Below are positions 19,511-30,272 of a stretch of 64,000 nucleotides of DNA, in pieces (positions within the stretch are counted from its first letter, which is position 1; each line of letters opens with the position of its first letter). Under the pieces are notes generated by a model. It was not told where the DNA came from, searched no databases, and saw only the letters and a list, made by a program, of their open reading frames with translations. The translations under genes and the position numbers were made by a program. The stretch lies in assembly GCA_963727485.1 (NCBI GenBank), contig CAVSGM010000002.1, positions 832,001 to 896,000 on the forward strand, given 5' to 3'. Origin of the DNA: an uncultured delta proteobacterium. Lineage in GTDB: Bacteria > Myxococcota > Myxococcia > SLRQ01.

Positions 19511-22500
19511 CTACTGCACGGTGACCTGGAGGTCGAAGTCCCCGGCGTCGCCGGCCTGGTACCCGTCGACCCCCAGGTACACCGTCTGCGCGCTGGTGGC
19601 GGTGTAGGTCACCGTCTCGGCGCCGCTGGTGAACGACGCGTCGCTCCCGGCGAGGCAGCTGGTCGACCCGCAGGCCGGCAGCACGTAGAGCGCCGTGTCG
19701 TAGCTCCCGGACGGCGTCGCCGTGGCCTTCAGCGTCTGCCCCGCGCCCAGGCTCACCGCGTAGAACACGTCGGGCCCCGAGGTGGTGGAGCCGGTGCAGG
19801 CGCTCCCGGGGTCGGCGTCGTTGGTCCCCCGGTACGTCGACCCGCTGACCTGGGCGCTGCCGGTCGACACGTCGAGGACCGTCGCCGCGGCGCAGGTGTC
19901 GTTGGCGGGCACCGGCCGCGGGGCGCCGGTGTCCACCTTCAGGGTGAAGGGCCCGGCGGCGCCGCCCTGGCCGTCGACCACCAGGTCGTAGGTGCCGGCG
20001 TCCAGGTAGGGCTCGAAGATCGTCGGCGGCGCCGCCACCGCGCAGGCGAGGCGCGCGGCGTCGGTGGTGCAGCTCGCGGAGGGCCGCAGGTCGAGGGCCG
20101 CGTCGAAGGGCGCGGTGAGCGCGGCGGTGAGGGACGCCGGCTGGGCCAGGGTCACCGCGTAGACCACGTCGCCGCCGGTGGGCGTGGCGGCGCAGGTGGG
20201 CGCCAGGTCGTCGGTGGCGTTGCGGGTGTCGCCGCTGACCGTGGCGCTCCCGCTGGAGACGTCGACGGCCGCGGCGGTGGCGCAGGTCTCGTTGGCCGGC
20301 GCCGGGATCGGCGAGCCCAGGGCCCAGGTGAGGGCGAAGGTGTCGCTCACCGGCCCGCCCCCGTCGACGACGACGGTCCAGGTCCCGGCGGCGAGGTCCG
20401 GGAGCGCCACGTGGCCGGCGCTCCCGGCGCTCACCGCCGCGCAGGCGGCCTCGGTGGTGGGGTCGGCGCAGGTCCCGCGCACCGACACCGAGAGCCCCGG
20501 GTCCCCGGTGAGGTCCAGGGAGAGGCTCGCGGCCTGGGCCAGGGTGAGCGTGTACACCGCGTCGCCCCCGGCGTTCCCGCAGCTGGCGGTGAGGTCGTCG
20601 GCGGCGGTGGCCACCTCGCCGCTCACCGTGCCCCCGCCCGCCGAGGCGCCCAGGGCCGCCGCGGTGCCGCAGCCCTCGTTGGCCGGCGGCGGCGGCGGGT
20701 CGGTGGTGGTGAGGGTGAGCTGGAAGGCCCCCGAGCGGCCCTGGTAGCCGTCGACCCAGGCGGTGTAGTGCCCGGCGGGCAGCACCGCGTGGAGCTCCTC
20801 GGTGCTCCCGGGCTGGTCGTGGCAGGCGAGCTCGGTGGCCGGGTCGTCGCAGGTGGTGCGGATCCCGAGGACGGTGTCGAGGCTCCCGGTGGTGGCGAGG
20901 TCCACGGTGCGGGCGCTCGCCAGGTCGAAGCCGTAGACCACGTCCGGGCTCCCGGCGCCGCCGCAGGCGGTGGCCCCGTCGTCGGTGGCCCCGGCGGTGG
21001 TGCCGTCCACCGGCACGCCCTCGGCCAGGGTGAGGGCCCCGGCGCAGGTGTCGTTGGGCGGCGGCGGCGGGGCGAGGTGGACGGCGAGGTGGTAGCCCTC
21101 GCCGGCGGTCCCGGCGTGGACCACCTTCACCAGGACGGTCCCGGCGCCGGCCCGGGCGGGGGCGGTGGCGGTGTTCGAATCCGTCGCCGGCGACGAGCTG
21201 GGCCGCCCCGGTGCCGTCGACGGCGTAGAGGCTCACCGTGAGCCCCGCGGCGCTGCCGCCGCTCGCCGGCTCGGCGTCGGCGGTGGCCTCCATCCCCGCG
21301 GGGACGTCGAGACCGACCACCAGTCGTCGGTGGCGGGGCAGGCGGTGGCGTCGACGCCGGTGGTGCCGGCGACGGGCGCCGGGAGGGCCACCGCGTCGGC
21401 GGGCTGGTCGTTGGGCTCGTAGGCGTCGTCGGCGCACAGCCCGCCGGGCTTCACCGTGGCCTTCACCGTGTAGGGCAGCGAGGTGTTCCCGCCCTTGACC
21501 CCAATCCACACCGGGCCGTCGACGGCGAGGCGCGAGAGGGTGAGGCTCTGGCCGGTGGCGGTCTTCACCGGCTGGCCGAGGAGCACCGGGCCGGTGCCGG
21601 TCCCGCCCCAGGCGACCAGCTGGGCGCTGCCGGTCCCCGGGTCGTAGCCGAGGTCGATCTGCACCCCGTCGGTGAGCCGGGCCCGCACCGCGTACCAGTC
21701 CCAGGTCCCCGGGCAGCTCACGGCGTTGGCGGCGGTGCCGGAGGTGAGGGCCGTCGCCTGGTAGGGGGTGTCGTTGGGCTCGTGGCCGTCGTCGGCGCAG
21801 GTGGCGTTGCTGCAGGCCCCGAGGCTGCAGGTCTCCAGGGACACGCAGGGGTGGGCGTCGGTGCAGGTCGAGGGGTCGTGGCACACCCCGCCGCCGCAGG
21901 TCTGCCCCGGGGCGCACTGGGCGTCGCTCACGCAGTCGACGCAGGTCGCGCTCTGGGCGTCGCAGTGCTTCAGGGGCCCGCAGTCGGCGTCGCCGCCGCA
22001 GCTGGGGCTGGCGACGCAGAAGCCCGAGCTGCAGGTGCCGCCCAGGGTGCAGTCGGCGCTGGTGATGCACTGGACGCAGTCGGTGGGGACGTCGAGGGGG
22101 TTGCACACCTGGCCCGCCGGGCAGTCGCTGTCCTGCTGGCACTGGCCCTTGGGCACGCAGCTCCCGCCCTGGCACAGGCCCTGGGTCCCGCAGTCGGCGT
22201 CGACGACGCACATCTGGCAGTAGCCGGAGATGGTCTCGCAGTGGGGCGTCGCCGGCCAGGCGGTGCAGTCGGCGTCGGCGTGGCAGGGGCTGAAGCGGCA
22301 CACGTGGTCGGTGCCGTCGCAGACCTGCTGGGTGCCGGTGCACTGGCTGTCCTGGGTGCACACCACGCACTCGCCGGTGACGGTCTCGCAGTACGGCGTG
22401 CCGGGGAGGGCGCCGCAGTCGGCGTCGGCGTGGCACGGGGGCCGGGGGGTGCAGGTGTGGGTGGTGGTGTCGCAGACCTGGCGCTGGGCGTCGGGGCAGT

Positions 22501-22768
22501 CGACGTCGGCGTTGCAGGCGACGCAGGTCTGGTGGGCGATGTCGCAGTGGGTCCGGCCCTGGATCCCGGCGCAGTCGAGGTCGGCGTTGCAGGTGCCCAC
22601 GGGGAGGCCGCCGTCGGCGGCGGGCGGGGAGACGCACTGGCCGTCTCGGCACACGTCGCCGGGCTTGCAGGTGGTGGCGTTGCAGGGCACGCCGCACTGG
22701 CAGCCCCCGGCGGCGCCGAGGACGAGGAGGAGGCCGGCGAGGGCCGCGCGGGGGGAGGCAAGGCGCAC
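19511..22768 (-). CDS. Large Cys-rich lipoprotein with PPC-like repeats (frameshifts ~21310, ~21160)
   Basis: LLLVLGAAGG-CQC; repeated CxxDxDC modules; DDGHEPND/DDAYEPND; four PxN(D/E)xC...DxxY repeats. Confidence 0.75.
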
Positions 22769-22791
22769 GAGGGGTCCCGGAGCGGTCCAGT

Positions 22792-23880
22792 CTACGACAG
22801 GCCGCCCCTTGGCGTCGCCGCCCGGAGCCAGGTGAGCAGGGGCGCGCGCAGCTCGGTGACGCCCTTGTAAGCCTGGGCGGCGGCGTCCATCCCCTCGAGG
22901 GCCGAGGCGAGCTGGGCCCGGCGCGCCGGGTCCGCGGCGATGCCCGCGAGCGGCGCGAGGTAGACCCGGATGGTGAACAGGGCCCGGCCGAGGTCCGGGA
23001 ACGGGTGGGTGGTCTGGCGCTCGACCCGGAAGTACGTCCGGGCGGCGAGGGCCTCGGGGTCGGCGAGGACCTGCGCGGGCACCGGCTCGCGGGCGCCCCC
23101 GGGGAGGTTCGGGTTGTGGGCGAGGTGGTCGTCGGTCACGAGGCCCCAGACGAAGCGCACGAAGGGGCCCTTCTCCACCATGGCGCGCACCAGGCTCGGG
23201 TGGGCGCCGGTGATCACCTCGTTGTGGGCCACCGGCCGGTGGATGGCGGTGAAGTCGCGGCCGACCTTGGTGCGCGGGTCCCAGTGGCCCGGGAAGGCCA
23301 CGTGGAGGAGCTCGGCGCGGTCGCCGGGATCGCCTGGGGCCGCGGTTCCGGCGGCGACGAGGGCGTAGTCCTCCATCATGGTCAGGGCCAGGGCGTCGGC
23401 GAGGCGGGGAATCCCGGTGACGCCTTCGAGGTGCCGGGCGGCCCGGGCGCCGAGGTCGGCCAGCGGCGCCTTCGGATCGACCCGGCGCACCGCCGGCGCC
23501 CGCCGGTCCCCCTCGAGGGCGAGGCCCAGGTGCGGGAGCACCACCCCGTCGCCGGTCGGGCGCACCAGCTCGGGATGCTCGGCGGCCACCAGGTCGAACA
23601 CCCGCCACACCGCCTCGGCGAGGCCCGCCGGCTCGTGCTCGGGATCGACGCAGCGCACCGCCTCCGGCCACCCCTCGAGGAGCCGGAGCTTCTCGGCCAG
23701 GTACCGCGCGAGGTCGGCGTCGGCGACGAAGTGCCCGGCCTCGACCTTCCCCAGGATGGGCTGGTCGCCGAGGCGCTTCATCGCCGGGAGCACCTCGTAG
23801 CGGCCGCGCTCGATGGGGAACGGGATCTCGGCGAGGCCGCGGTCCGCTCGGCTGGGGTCGGCGCGGGTCACCGGCGGCAT
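22792..23880 (-). CDS. Heme-dependent oxidative N-demethylase alpha-subunit family (DUF3445)
   Basis: MEDYAL, VAFPGHWDPRTKVG, IHRPV, RFVWG, YFRVERQT, LFTIR. Confidence 0.8.
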   Translation of the reverse strand: MPPVTRADPSRADRGLAEIPFPIERGRYEVLPAMKRLGDQPILGKVEAGHFVADADLARYLAEKLRLLEGWPEAVRCVDPEHEPAGLAEAVWRVFDLVAAEHPELVRPTGDGVVLPHLGLALEGDRRAPAVRRVDPKAPLADLGARAARHLEGVTGIPRLADALALTMMEDYALVAAGTAAPGDPGDRAELLHVAFPGHWDPRTKVGRDFTAIHRPVAHNEVITGAHPSLVRAMVEKGPFVRFVWGLVTDDHLAHNPNLPGGAREPVPAQVLADPEALAARTYFRVERQTTHPFPDLGRALFTIRVYLAPLAGIAADPARRAQLASALEGMDAAAQAYKGVTELRAPLLTWLRAATPRGGLS

Positions 23881-23926
23881 TCTAGAGAGGGCGACGCCCC
23901 GACGGAAGTCGGGATACGCTCTCCCC

Positions 23927-25418
23927 ATGCCCACCCACGGGTGGATCACCCTCGTCGCGTCCCTCGGCCAGCTCGCCCTGGTGGTGCTCGTCCTCCGGGC
24001 GCGCCGGGGCCCGCTCACCGCCCCGCTGGCGCTGCTGTGCCTGGACCTGGCGGGCTTCAACCTCGCGGCGCTGGCCCACGACCTCTCGGGGCTCCCGGCC
24101 TGGGCCCTCGTCGATCTCTCGATGTCGCCGCTCGGGGTGCCGCTGACCCTCCACGTGGTCCTGGTGTTCACCGGGCGCAGCCGCCGGGCCGCGAGCCGGT
24201 GGATCCTCCGGGTGACCTACGTCGCCGGCGGGCTGCTCGCCCTCACCTCGGCGGTGGCGCTGGTGCACCCGGGGGTGGCGCGCTTCGTGTTCTCCCGGAC
24301 CTACGTGGCGCTCTTCCTCTCGGTGATGCTCCCGGTGCTGGCCTACGCGCTCACGCTCCTGGGGATCCACGCCCGCCGCGAGCCCGCCCCCGAGGAGCGG
24401 ATGCGCTCGGCGCTCTTGCTCCTCGCCTTCGTCCTCGGCGGGGGGCTCGCCACCACCGACCTGGTCCACGGCCTGGGCCTGCCCGTCCCGAGGCTCACCG
24501 CGCTGGGGACGCTCATCATCGCCGTGACCCTGGCGGTGGTGGCCCTGCGCTTCTCGCTCCTCGAGGGGGCCATCGCCCGGCGCGCCACCTTCTGGTCGGT
24601 GGCCGCGGCGGCGGCGCTGACGCTGACCTACGTCGCCACCTACCGGATGATGGCCGAGCGCTCGGCGATCCTCCTCGGCGCCACCCTCACCCTGGCGCTG
24701 GTGGCCACGGTGGCGGTGCGCAGCGTCGGGACCGACCTCGCCGCCCGGCGCCGGCGCCTGGGGGAGCTGGCGACGCTCGGGCGGTTCTCGGCGCAGATGG
24801 CCCACGACCTCAAGAACCCGCTGGCCGCCGCCAAGGGCGCGGTGGGGTTCCTGCGCGAGGAGCGCGCCCAGGGCCGGAGCCTCGACGACCAGGCCCACTT
24901 CCTCGCGCTCCTCGATGGCGAGCTCGATCGCATCGGCGGGGTCCTCGACACCTACGAGCGCCTGGGGAGCGTGCACGCGGAGCGCCGGCCGGTGGACCTC
25001 AACGCCCTGGTGGCCGAGGTGGTGGCGCTGTGCGCGGTCCCGGAGGCGATCACGGTGACGCAGGCCCTCGACCCGGCGCTCCCCCGGTGCGCCGGCGACG
25101 CCGAGCTGCTGCGCCGGGCGGTGACCAACCTGGTGCAGAACGCGGTGCAGGCCCTGGACGGCGGCGGGACCCTCACCGTGCGTACCGCGAGCGACGGCCC
25201 GGGACGCCTGCGCCTCGAGGTCGCCGACACCGGTCCCGGCATGGACGCCCGGACCCGGGAGCGCGCCTTCGACGAGTTCTGGACCACCAAGGCCGTCGGG
25301 CAGCGGCCTGGGCCTGGGGATCGTGCGCAGGGTCGCCGAGGCCCACGGCGGCGAGGTGCAGCTCAAGAGCGCCGCCGGCCGGGGGACCACGGTGACCCTG
25401 GTGCTCCCCGCGGCGTGA
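23927..25418 (+). CDS. Multi-TM sensor histidine kinase (frameshift ~25295)
   Basis: H-box MAHDLKNPL, NLVQNA, DTGPG, EFWTTK, then G2 box GLGL in shifted frame. Confidence 0.88.
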
Positions 25419-25445
25419 TCGCGCCCCGTGCTACGATCTCCTACG

Positions 25446-26877
25446 ATGCCCGACACCGGCACCATCCTGGTCGTCGAGGACGACCTCTCGGTCGCCACGG
25501 TGATGATCGCGGTCCTCGGCCAGGCGGGCCACCAGGCGGTCCACGCGCCGGCCGCCGAGGCCGCCCTGAAGATCCTCGACAGCCCGGCCGGTGGACGTGG
25601 TGCTCACCGACCTCAAGATGCCGGGGATGGACGGGATGGCGCTGCTGGCCGAGGTCGCCCAGCGCTGGCCCGGGATCCCGGTGGTCATGGTCACCGCCCA
25701 CGGCACGGTGCCGGTGGCGGTGGAGGCGATGAAGACCGGCGCCGCCGACTTCGTGCGCAAGCCCTTCGAGCGCGAGGAGCTGGTCTTCGTGGTGGACAAG
25801 GCGCTGGCCCAGGCGCGCCACGCCGAGGCCAAGCCCCCCAAGCCCGCCGCGCGCGCGATCGCCGGCGCCTCGGGGTCCGCAGCCCCAACGGGGGAACACC
25901 CCTTCGTCGGCGCCTCCGAGGCCATGGAGGCGTGCCTCGCCATGCTCCGCAAGGCGGCCCCGAGCGACGCCACCGTCCTCCTCGGCGGCGAGACCGGCAC
26001 CGGCAAGAGCCTCGCCGCCAAGGTCCTCCACGATCTCTCGCCGCGGCGCGAGAGGCCCTTCGTCACCGTCCACTGCGGGGCGCTCCCGGAGACGCTGCTG
26101 GAGAGCGAGCTCTTCGGCCACGAGCAGGGGGCGTTCACCGGCGCGGTGGCGGCCAAGCCCGGTCGGGTGGCGCTCGCCGAGGGCGGGACGCTCTTCCTCG
26201 ACGAGATCGGCGAGGTGCCGCTGCCGGTGCAGGTCAAGCTGCTGCGCCTGCTCCAGGAGCGCACCTACGAGCCCCTCGGCGGCACCGAGACCCGAACCGC
26301 CGACGTGCGCTTCGTCGCCGCCACCCACCGGGACCTCCAGGCGATGGTCGCCGGGGGCGAGTTCCGCGAGGACCTCTACTACCGTCTCAACGTGGTGCCG
26401 GTGGTCATCCCCCCGCTCGCCGAGCGGCCCGCGGAGGTCGCCGCCCTGGCCCGGCATTTCTGCGCCCGGGCGGCGAAGGCCACCGGCCGCGAGGTCACCC
26501 TCGACGACGCCGCGGTGGCGGCCCTCGCCGAGGCGAGGTGGCCCGGGAACGTGCGCCAGCTCGAGAACCTGGTGGAGCGCCTGGTGGTGCTCTCGGCCGG
26601 CGAGGTCCTCGGCGCCGGCGACGTGGCCCGGGAGCTCGGCCGGGGGTCGGGGCTGGCATCGCCCCCGGCGCCCGGGTCGCCGGCCTCCGGTGACCCGGCG
26701 GCGGACGACGGCCCCGCCGACGACCCCAGCCTCGCCGCCCACGTCCGCGCGGCCGAGCGCGCCGCCCTGGTGAAGGCGTTGGCGCGCGCCAAGGACAACA
26801 AGACTCTGGCGGCACGCCTCCTCGGCGTCAGCCGGCGGACGCTCTACAACAAGCTCGCCGAGCACGAGCTCGAGTAG
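25446..26877 (+). CDS. Sigma54-dependent response regulator, NtrC/AtoC family (frameshift ~25590)
   Basis: [40 protein letters not shown], Fis-type HTH. Confidence 0.92.
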
Positions 26878-27167
26878 CCCCGGCGCGGCCCCGGGGCCGT
26901 CACCCGTGGGCGAGGACGAATGCGTCGGTGTCGGCCAGTGGCACCGACGACCTGCTGGAGCCGACCATCCCCTGCGACCTCGTCACCAGGCTCAACGCAG
27001 CGATGAACCGGATGATCTCCATCGAGCTCTAGGGCACCTACCGTGAGCCTGACCCGAGCGGGATCCTGCGGACCGCTGGCGAACCGGGCAACGGGTACTG
27101 CCAGCTCTCCGACGGGACGCAGGTGGCCGTGTTCTGACGCGGCGCCTTGGTCACGGTCCTGGTGGCT

Positions 27168-27890
27168 TCAGGGTCTGAAGGGCTCGAAGAACTGGACCTG
27201 GATGCGCCACCGCCGATCGGGAACAAGGCCCGGGGCGGGCGCGGCGTGCAGGGTGTTGTACTGGTCTTGGAGGCACTGGGTGATGCGGGCGTCCTTGTAG
27301 TTGGTGTCGACCACAGTCACGCGGTCGATGTAGAGGGTGTCCGTGGACGTCTCGACCCGGATGTCCAACCACGCCCAGTAGCGGCGCATCTGGGGCGGCG
27401 GGGTGAAGGTCGCGAAGCACTGCTGGTTGATCATGTGACCGAGCCCCTGGCGAAGGGCGTTGATGGTCGCGTGGCTCAGGGCCGCCTGCACCGCACGCTC
27501 CTCGCCGCCCTTCTTGATCATTGCCAGCTCACCGAGCACCCGGATCTGCTTCCAGGGTGTGGTGAGGGAGCCCCAGTCCCGCCTGGGCCCGGCGTCCGGC
27601 GTGGATGAGATGGCGCTCGGTCGCGTGGTCGTTGCGGGGCCCCGAATCGGGTCTCGCTGCGCCGAGGACGAACTCGCCACAGGCCGTGCCGCCGCCGATG
27701 CTGGGCGAGACGCCGCGGGCTTGACGTCGCCCGCCCGGTCCGCCTCGGGACCCCGGGTGTCTGAGGCAGGGCACGAGGACCTCGAGGGGACGCGGTCGAT
27801 GTGGAGGAGCAACCCAACCAGACCGACGACGCACAGGGCGCCGGCGACCCCACCGACCCAGCCGCGTCTCCGGCACTCGCGAGTTGGCAT
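27168..27890 (-). CDS. Single-pass membrane protein with Pro/Ala/Ser linker and AgmX/TonB-C-like C-terminal domain
   Basis: N-terminal TM, low-complexity linker, paired Cys QQCF...ITQCL; domain call tentative. Confidence 0.55.
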   Translation of the reverse strand: MPTRECRRRGWVGGVAGALCVVGLVGLLLHIDRVPSRSSCPASDTRGPEADRAGDVKPAASRPASAAARPVASSSSAQRDPIRGPATTTRPSAISSTPDAGPRRDWGSLTTPWKQIRVLGELAMIKKGGEERAVQAALSHATINALRQGLGHMINQQCFATFTPPPQMRRYWAWLDIRVETSTDTLYIDRVTVVDTNYKDARITQCLQDQYNTLHAAPAPGLVPDRRWRIQVQFFEPFRP

Positions 27891-27895
27891 CGTGC

Positions 27896-29088
27896 TAAAT
27901 CACCGAGCGCGATTCGGGATCGAACGCGCGTAGGCCGTTGAAAAATCGGGGCCTTCCTAAGATGGTCAGGTTGGACACAAGACCACAGGAGAGACCCCGA
28001 TGGACGCCAGCATACCTCGAATGAACCGCCGGGCAAGGAGGCGCTTCGTCGCCATCGGCCGCCGTAGCCGAGACCGCAGGGCCCACCTGCGCTTTCTCGT
28101 CATCGCGCACCTGGCCGCCGGCCGTTCCATGGCCGAGGCCGCGCGCTTTGCCATGGTCGCCCCGGCGACCGTGAGCCGCGTCGCGAGGCGCTTCCAGGAG
28201 GGCGGGCAGCTTGCCCTCTTCGACGCGCGCGCCGGCAACGGGCCGCGGAAGGTCGACCCTGCGTTTCTTAGAGACCTCGCACGGGTGCTCCGCGGTACGC
28301 CCCAGGACCACGGTTTCGCCCGCCCCACCTGGACCCGGGAGTTGCTGCGCGAGGTGATGGTCGACGAGGGTCACCCTCGGGTCGCGGCATGCACCATCGG
28401 ACGGGCGCTGCGTCGGCTCGGGGCACGTCTCGGCCGTCCGAAGCCCGTGGTTCTCTGCCCCTGGCCGAGACGAAAGCGCCTGGCACGAGTCGCAGAGATC
28501 CGGCGCTTGGCCGCGAGCTCCACGGAGGCCGAGCCCGTGTACTTCAGCGACGAGGTGGACATCCACCTCAACCCGCACATCGGGCAGGACTGGATGTTGC
28601 CAGGCCAGCAGCGCCTCGTGGTCACGCCGGGCCAGAACAAGAAACGCTACCTCGCCGGCGCCCTCCCCGCTGGCACCCGGAAGATGGTGTGGGTGGCCGG
28701 AGACCAGAAGGCGAGCTGGCTCTTCTGCCAGCTCCTGTGGCGCCTGGTTGCAGCGCACCCGAAGGCGAAGCGGATCCACCTGATCCTGGACAACTACATC
28801 ATCCACAAGAGCAAGGTGACCCAGCGGGTGCTGGCCAGCCTCGGCGACCGGGTGCAGCTGCACTTCCTGCCGCCGTACTGCCCCCAGGAGAACCGGATCG
28901 AACGAGTGTGGCAGGACCTGCACGCGTCGGTGACTCGGAACCACCGGTGCCGGTCGATCACCGAGCTGATGGCGCGCGCGGACGACTTCCTGCATGCCTA
29001 CAACCGTCGTCATGAGAGTGACTTCAAACCATCGCTGCTTCGAGCGGCCGCGTGATCGCGATATTCCAGAATCGCGATCGGTGATTTA
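27896..29088 (+). mobile_element. IS630-family insertion sequence with TA duplication
   Basis: Ends TAAATCACCGAGCGCGATTCGGGA and TCCAGAATCGCGATCGGTGATTTA (22/24 match); empty site GCTAGC. Confidence 0.92.
28000..29055 (+). CDS. IS630-family transposase
   Basis: YFSDEVDIHLNP, TPGQNKK, ILDNYIIH, FLPPYCPQENRIERVW. Confidence 0.95.
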   Translation: MDASIPRMNRRARRRFVAIGRRSRDRRAHLRFLVIAHLAAGRSMAEAARFAMVAPATVSRVARRFQEGGQLALFDARAGNGPRKVDPAFLRDLARVLRGTPQDHGFARPTWTRELLREVMVDEGHPRVAACTIGRALRRLGARLGRPKPVVLCPWPRRKRLARVAEIRRLAASSTEAEPVYFSDEVDIHLNPHIGQDWMLPGQQRLVVTPGQNKKRYLAGALPAGTRKMVWVAGDQKASWLFCQLLWRLVAAHPKAKRIHLILDNYIIHKSKVTQRVLASLGDRVQLHFLPPYCPQENRIERVWQDLHASVTRNHRCRSITELMARADDFLHAYNRRHESDFKPSLLRAAA

Positions 29089-29343
29089 GCAGCAGAAGCA
29101 GCGCGGCGGGGGATTGCAGTTGTCAATGGTGATGCACGGGTCGAGTGGGCCCGTGCCCTTGTGACAACCGCCACCGGGTCCGTAGACCGTCGTGCACCCG
29201 TAGCCGGTCTCGGCGCAGACTGTACAGGCGCAGCCACCGTTCTGGGCCGTCGCGGGTGCGGGGCGCACGGCAAGGCTGAGCACGAGGCCAAGGCCGAAGC
29301 CGACGAGAAGGCCCGATACGGTTCGAGTCCCTTTGCGTTCCAC
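29086..29343 (-). CDS. Secreted 10-cysteine miniprotein (85-aa precursor)
   Basis: GTG with AGGGGG RBS; signal peptide ending ATA-Q; 52-aa mature part with 10 Cys. Confidence 0.7.
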   Translation of the reverse strand: MERKGTRTVSGLLVGFGLGLVLSLAVRPAPATAQNGGCACTVCAETGYGCTTVYGPGGGCHKGTGPLDPCITIDNCNPPPRCFCC

Positions 29344-29458
29344 CGGTTGTCCCCCTGGAAAGCGCGTGAAGCAAGCCAGCATAAGTGGTAATTCCTAGCT
29401 ACCATTGGCCAGCCTTTGGACGCAAGCGCCTGGAGGAAGAACTCTTGTACAGGCATCC

Positions 29459-29914
29459 TCACTGAACCGCCGCCAGCGCCTCGCCCATGCGCCTGGCGAC
29501 GTGGCCACGCCAGCCGCTGCCCAGGTTCTCGTAGGCGAAGCGGTTCGCCTCGGTGAACCCACTGTGCGAGAGGTGCAGCCTGGTGCCGCCCTCGCCGTTG
29601 GGCGCGAGCGTCCAGGTGACCACGGTGTCGATGCGCCCGCCGTAGCCCTCGAGCTTCTCGCTCCCGCCCTGCCACGAGTACGAGAGCCGCTCGTGGGGGA
29701 CGACCTCCAGGACCTCGCAGGCGACCTTGCCGTCCCACTGGCCGGGGATCGGCGGCGCCTGGAAGGTGAACCGGTGGCCGACCTCGGGCTTGATATCGTT
29801 TTCCATGAGCCACCGCGCCAGGATTTCCGAGTCGGTGAGCGCACGCCACACCTTCTCCGGCGGGTGGGGCAGGTCGTAGTCGAGCTCGATGGACATCGTC
29901 TTCGCGTCGGTCAT
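29459..29914 (-). CDS. SRPBCC/AHSA1-family protein
   Basis: PPEKVWRALTDSEILARWLM, RLSYSW, GGTRLHLSHSGF. Confidence 0.9.
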   Translation of the reverse strand: MTDAKTMSIELDYDLPHPPEKVWRALTDSEILARWLMENDIKPEVGHRFTFQAPPIPGQWDGKVACEVLEVVPHERLSYSWQGGSEKLEGYGGRIDTVVTWTLAPNGEGGTRLHLSHSGFTEANRFAYENLGSGWRGHVARRMGEALAAVQ

Positions 29915-30231
29915 GGCAGGTCCTCCAACGTGGCGCCGAGGCGCGCCAGGCGGTCGTTCCAGAACGCCCGGTGGTGCTCGAGCCAGTCGACGAGCGGCGC
30001 GAGGCCCTCGGGCCGGGCGCGGTAGTAGCGGTGCCGGCCGTCGCGACGGGGGACCACCAGGCCCGCGTCGCGGAGGACGGCGAGGTGCTGGGACACCGCC
30101 GGCTGCGAGACCCCGAAGGCCTCGGAGAGCGCGCCCACCGGCGCCTCGCCCCGGGTCAGCCGCTCGTAGACGGCGCGGCGGGTGGGGTCGGCGAGGGCGC
30201 GGAAGACGTCGGCGTGGGCGGCGGCGGGCAT
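29911..30231 (-). CDS. ArsR/SmtB-family transcriptional regulator
   Basis: FRALADPTRR, SQPAVSQHLAVLRDAGLV. Confidence 0.92.
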   Translation of the reverse strand: MPAAAHADVFRALADPTRRAVYERLTRGEAPVGALSEAFGVSQPAVSQHLAVLRDAGLVVPRRDGRHRYYRARPEGLAPLVDWLEHHRAFWNDRLARLGATLEDLP

Positions 30232-30236
30232 GGGAT

Positions 30237-30267
30237 ATACATAAGAATTTACTTATGTATTCGTCAA
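30237..30267 (-). promoter_or_regulatory. Promoter with palindromic ArsR operator
   Basis: ATACATAAG-N6-CTTATGTAT perfect inverted repeat; TTGACG -35 at 30262-30267 on minus strand. Confidence 0.75.
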
Positions 30268-30272
30268 GCGGC

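Noticed and set aside
21173..21183. GTTCGAATCCG match to the tRNA T-arm as a possible attR
   Set aside because: Only 11 bp, inside a coding region, and it does not extend to the acceptor stem or CCA
27030..27032. Pyrrolysine/amber read-through
   Set aside because: No pyl genes seen, the fragment lacks a start, and TAG is a normal stop in many genes here
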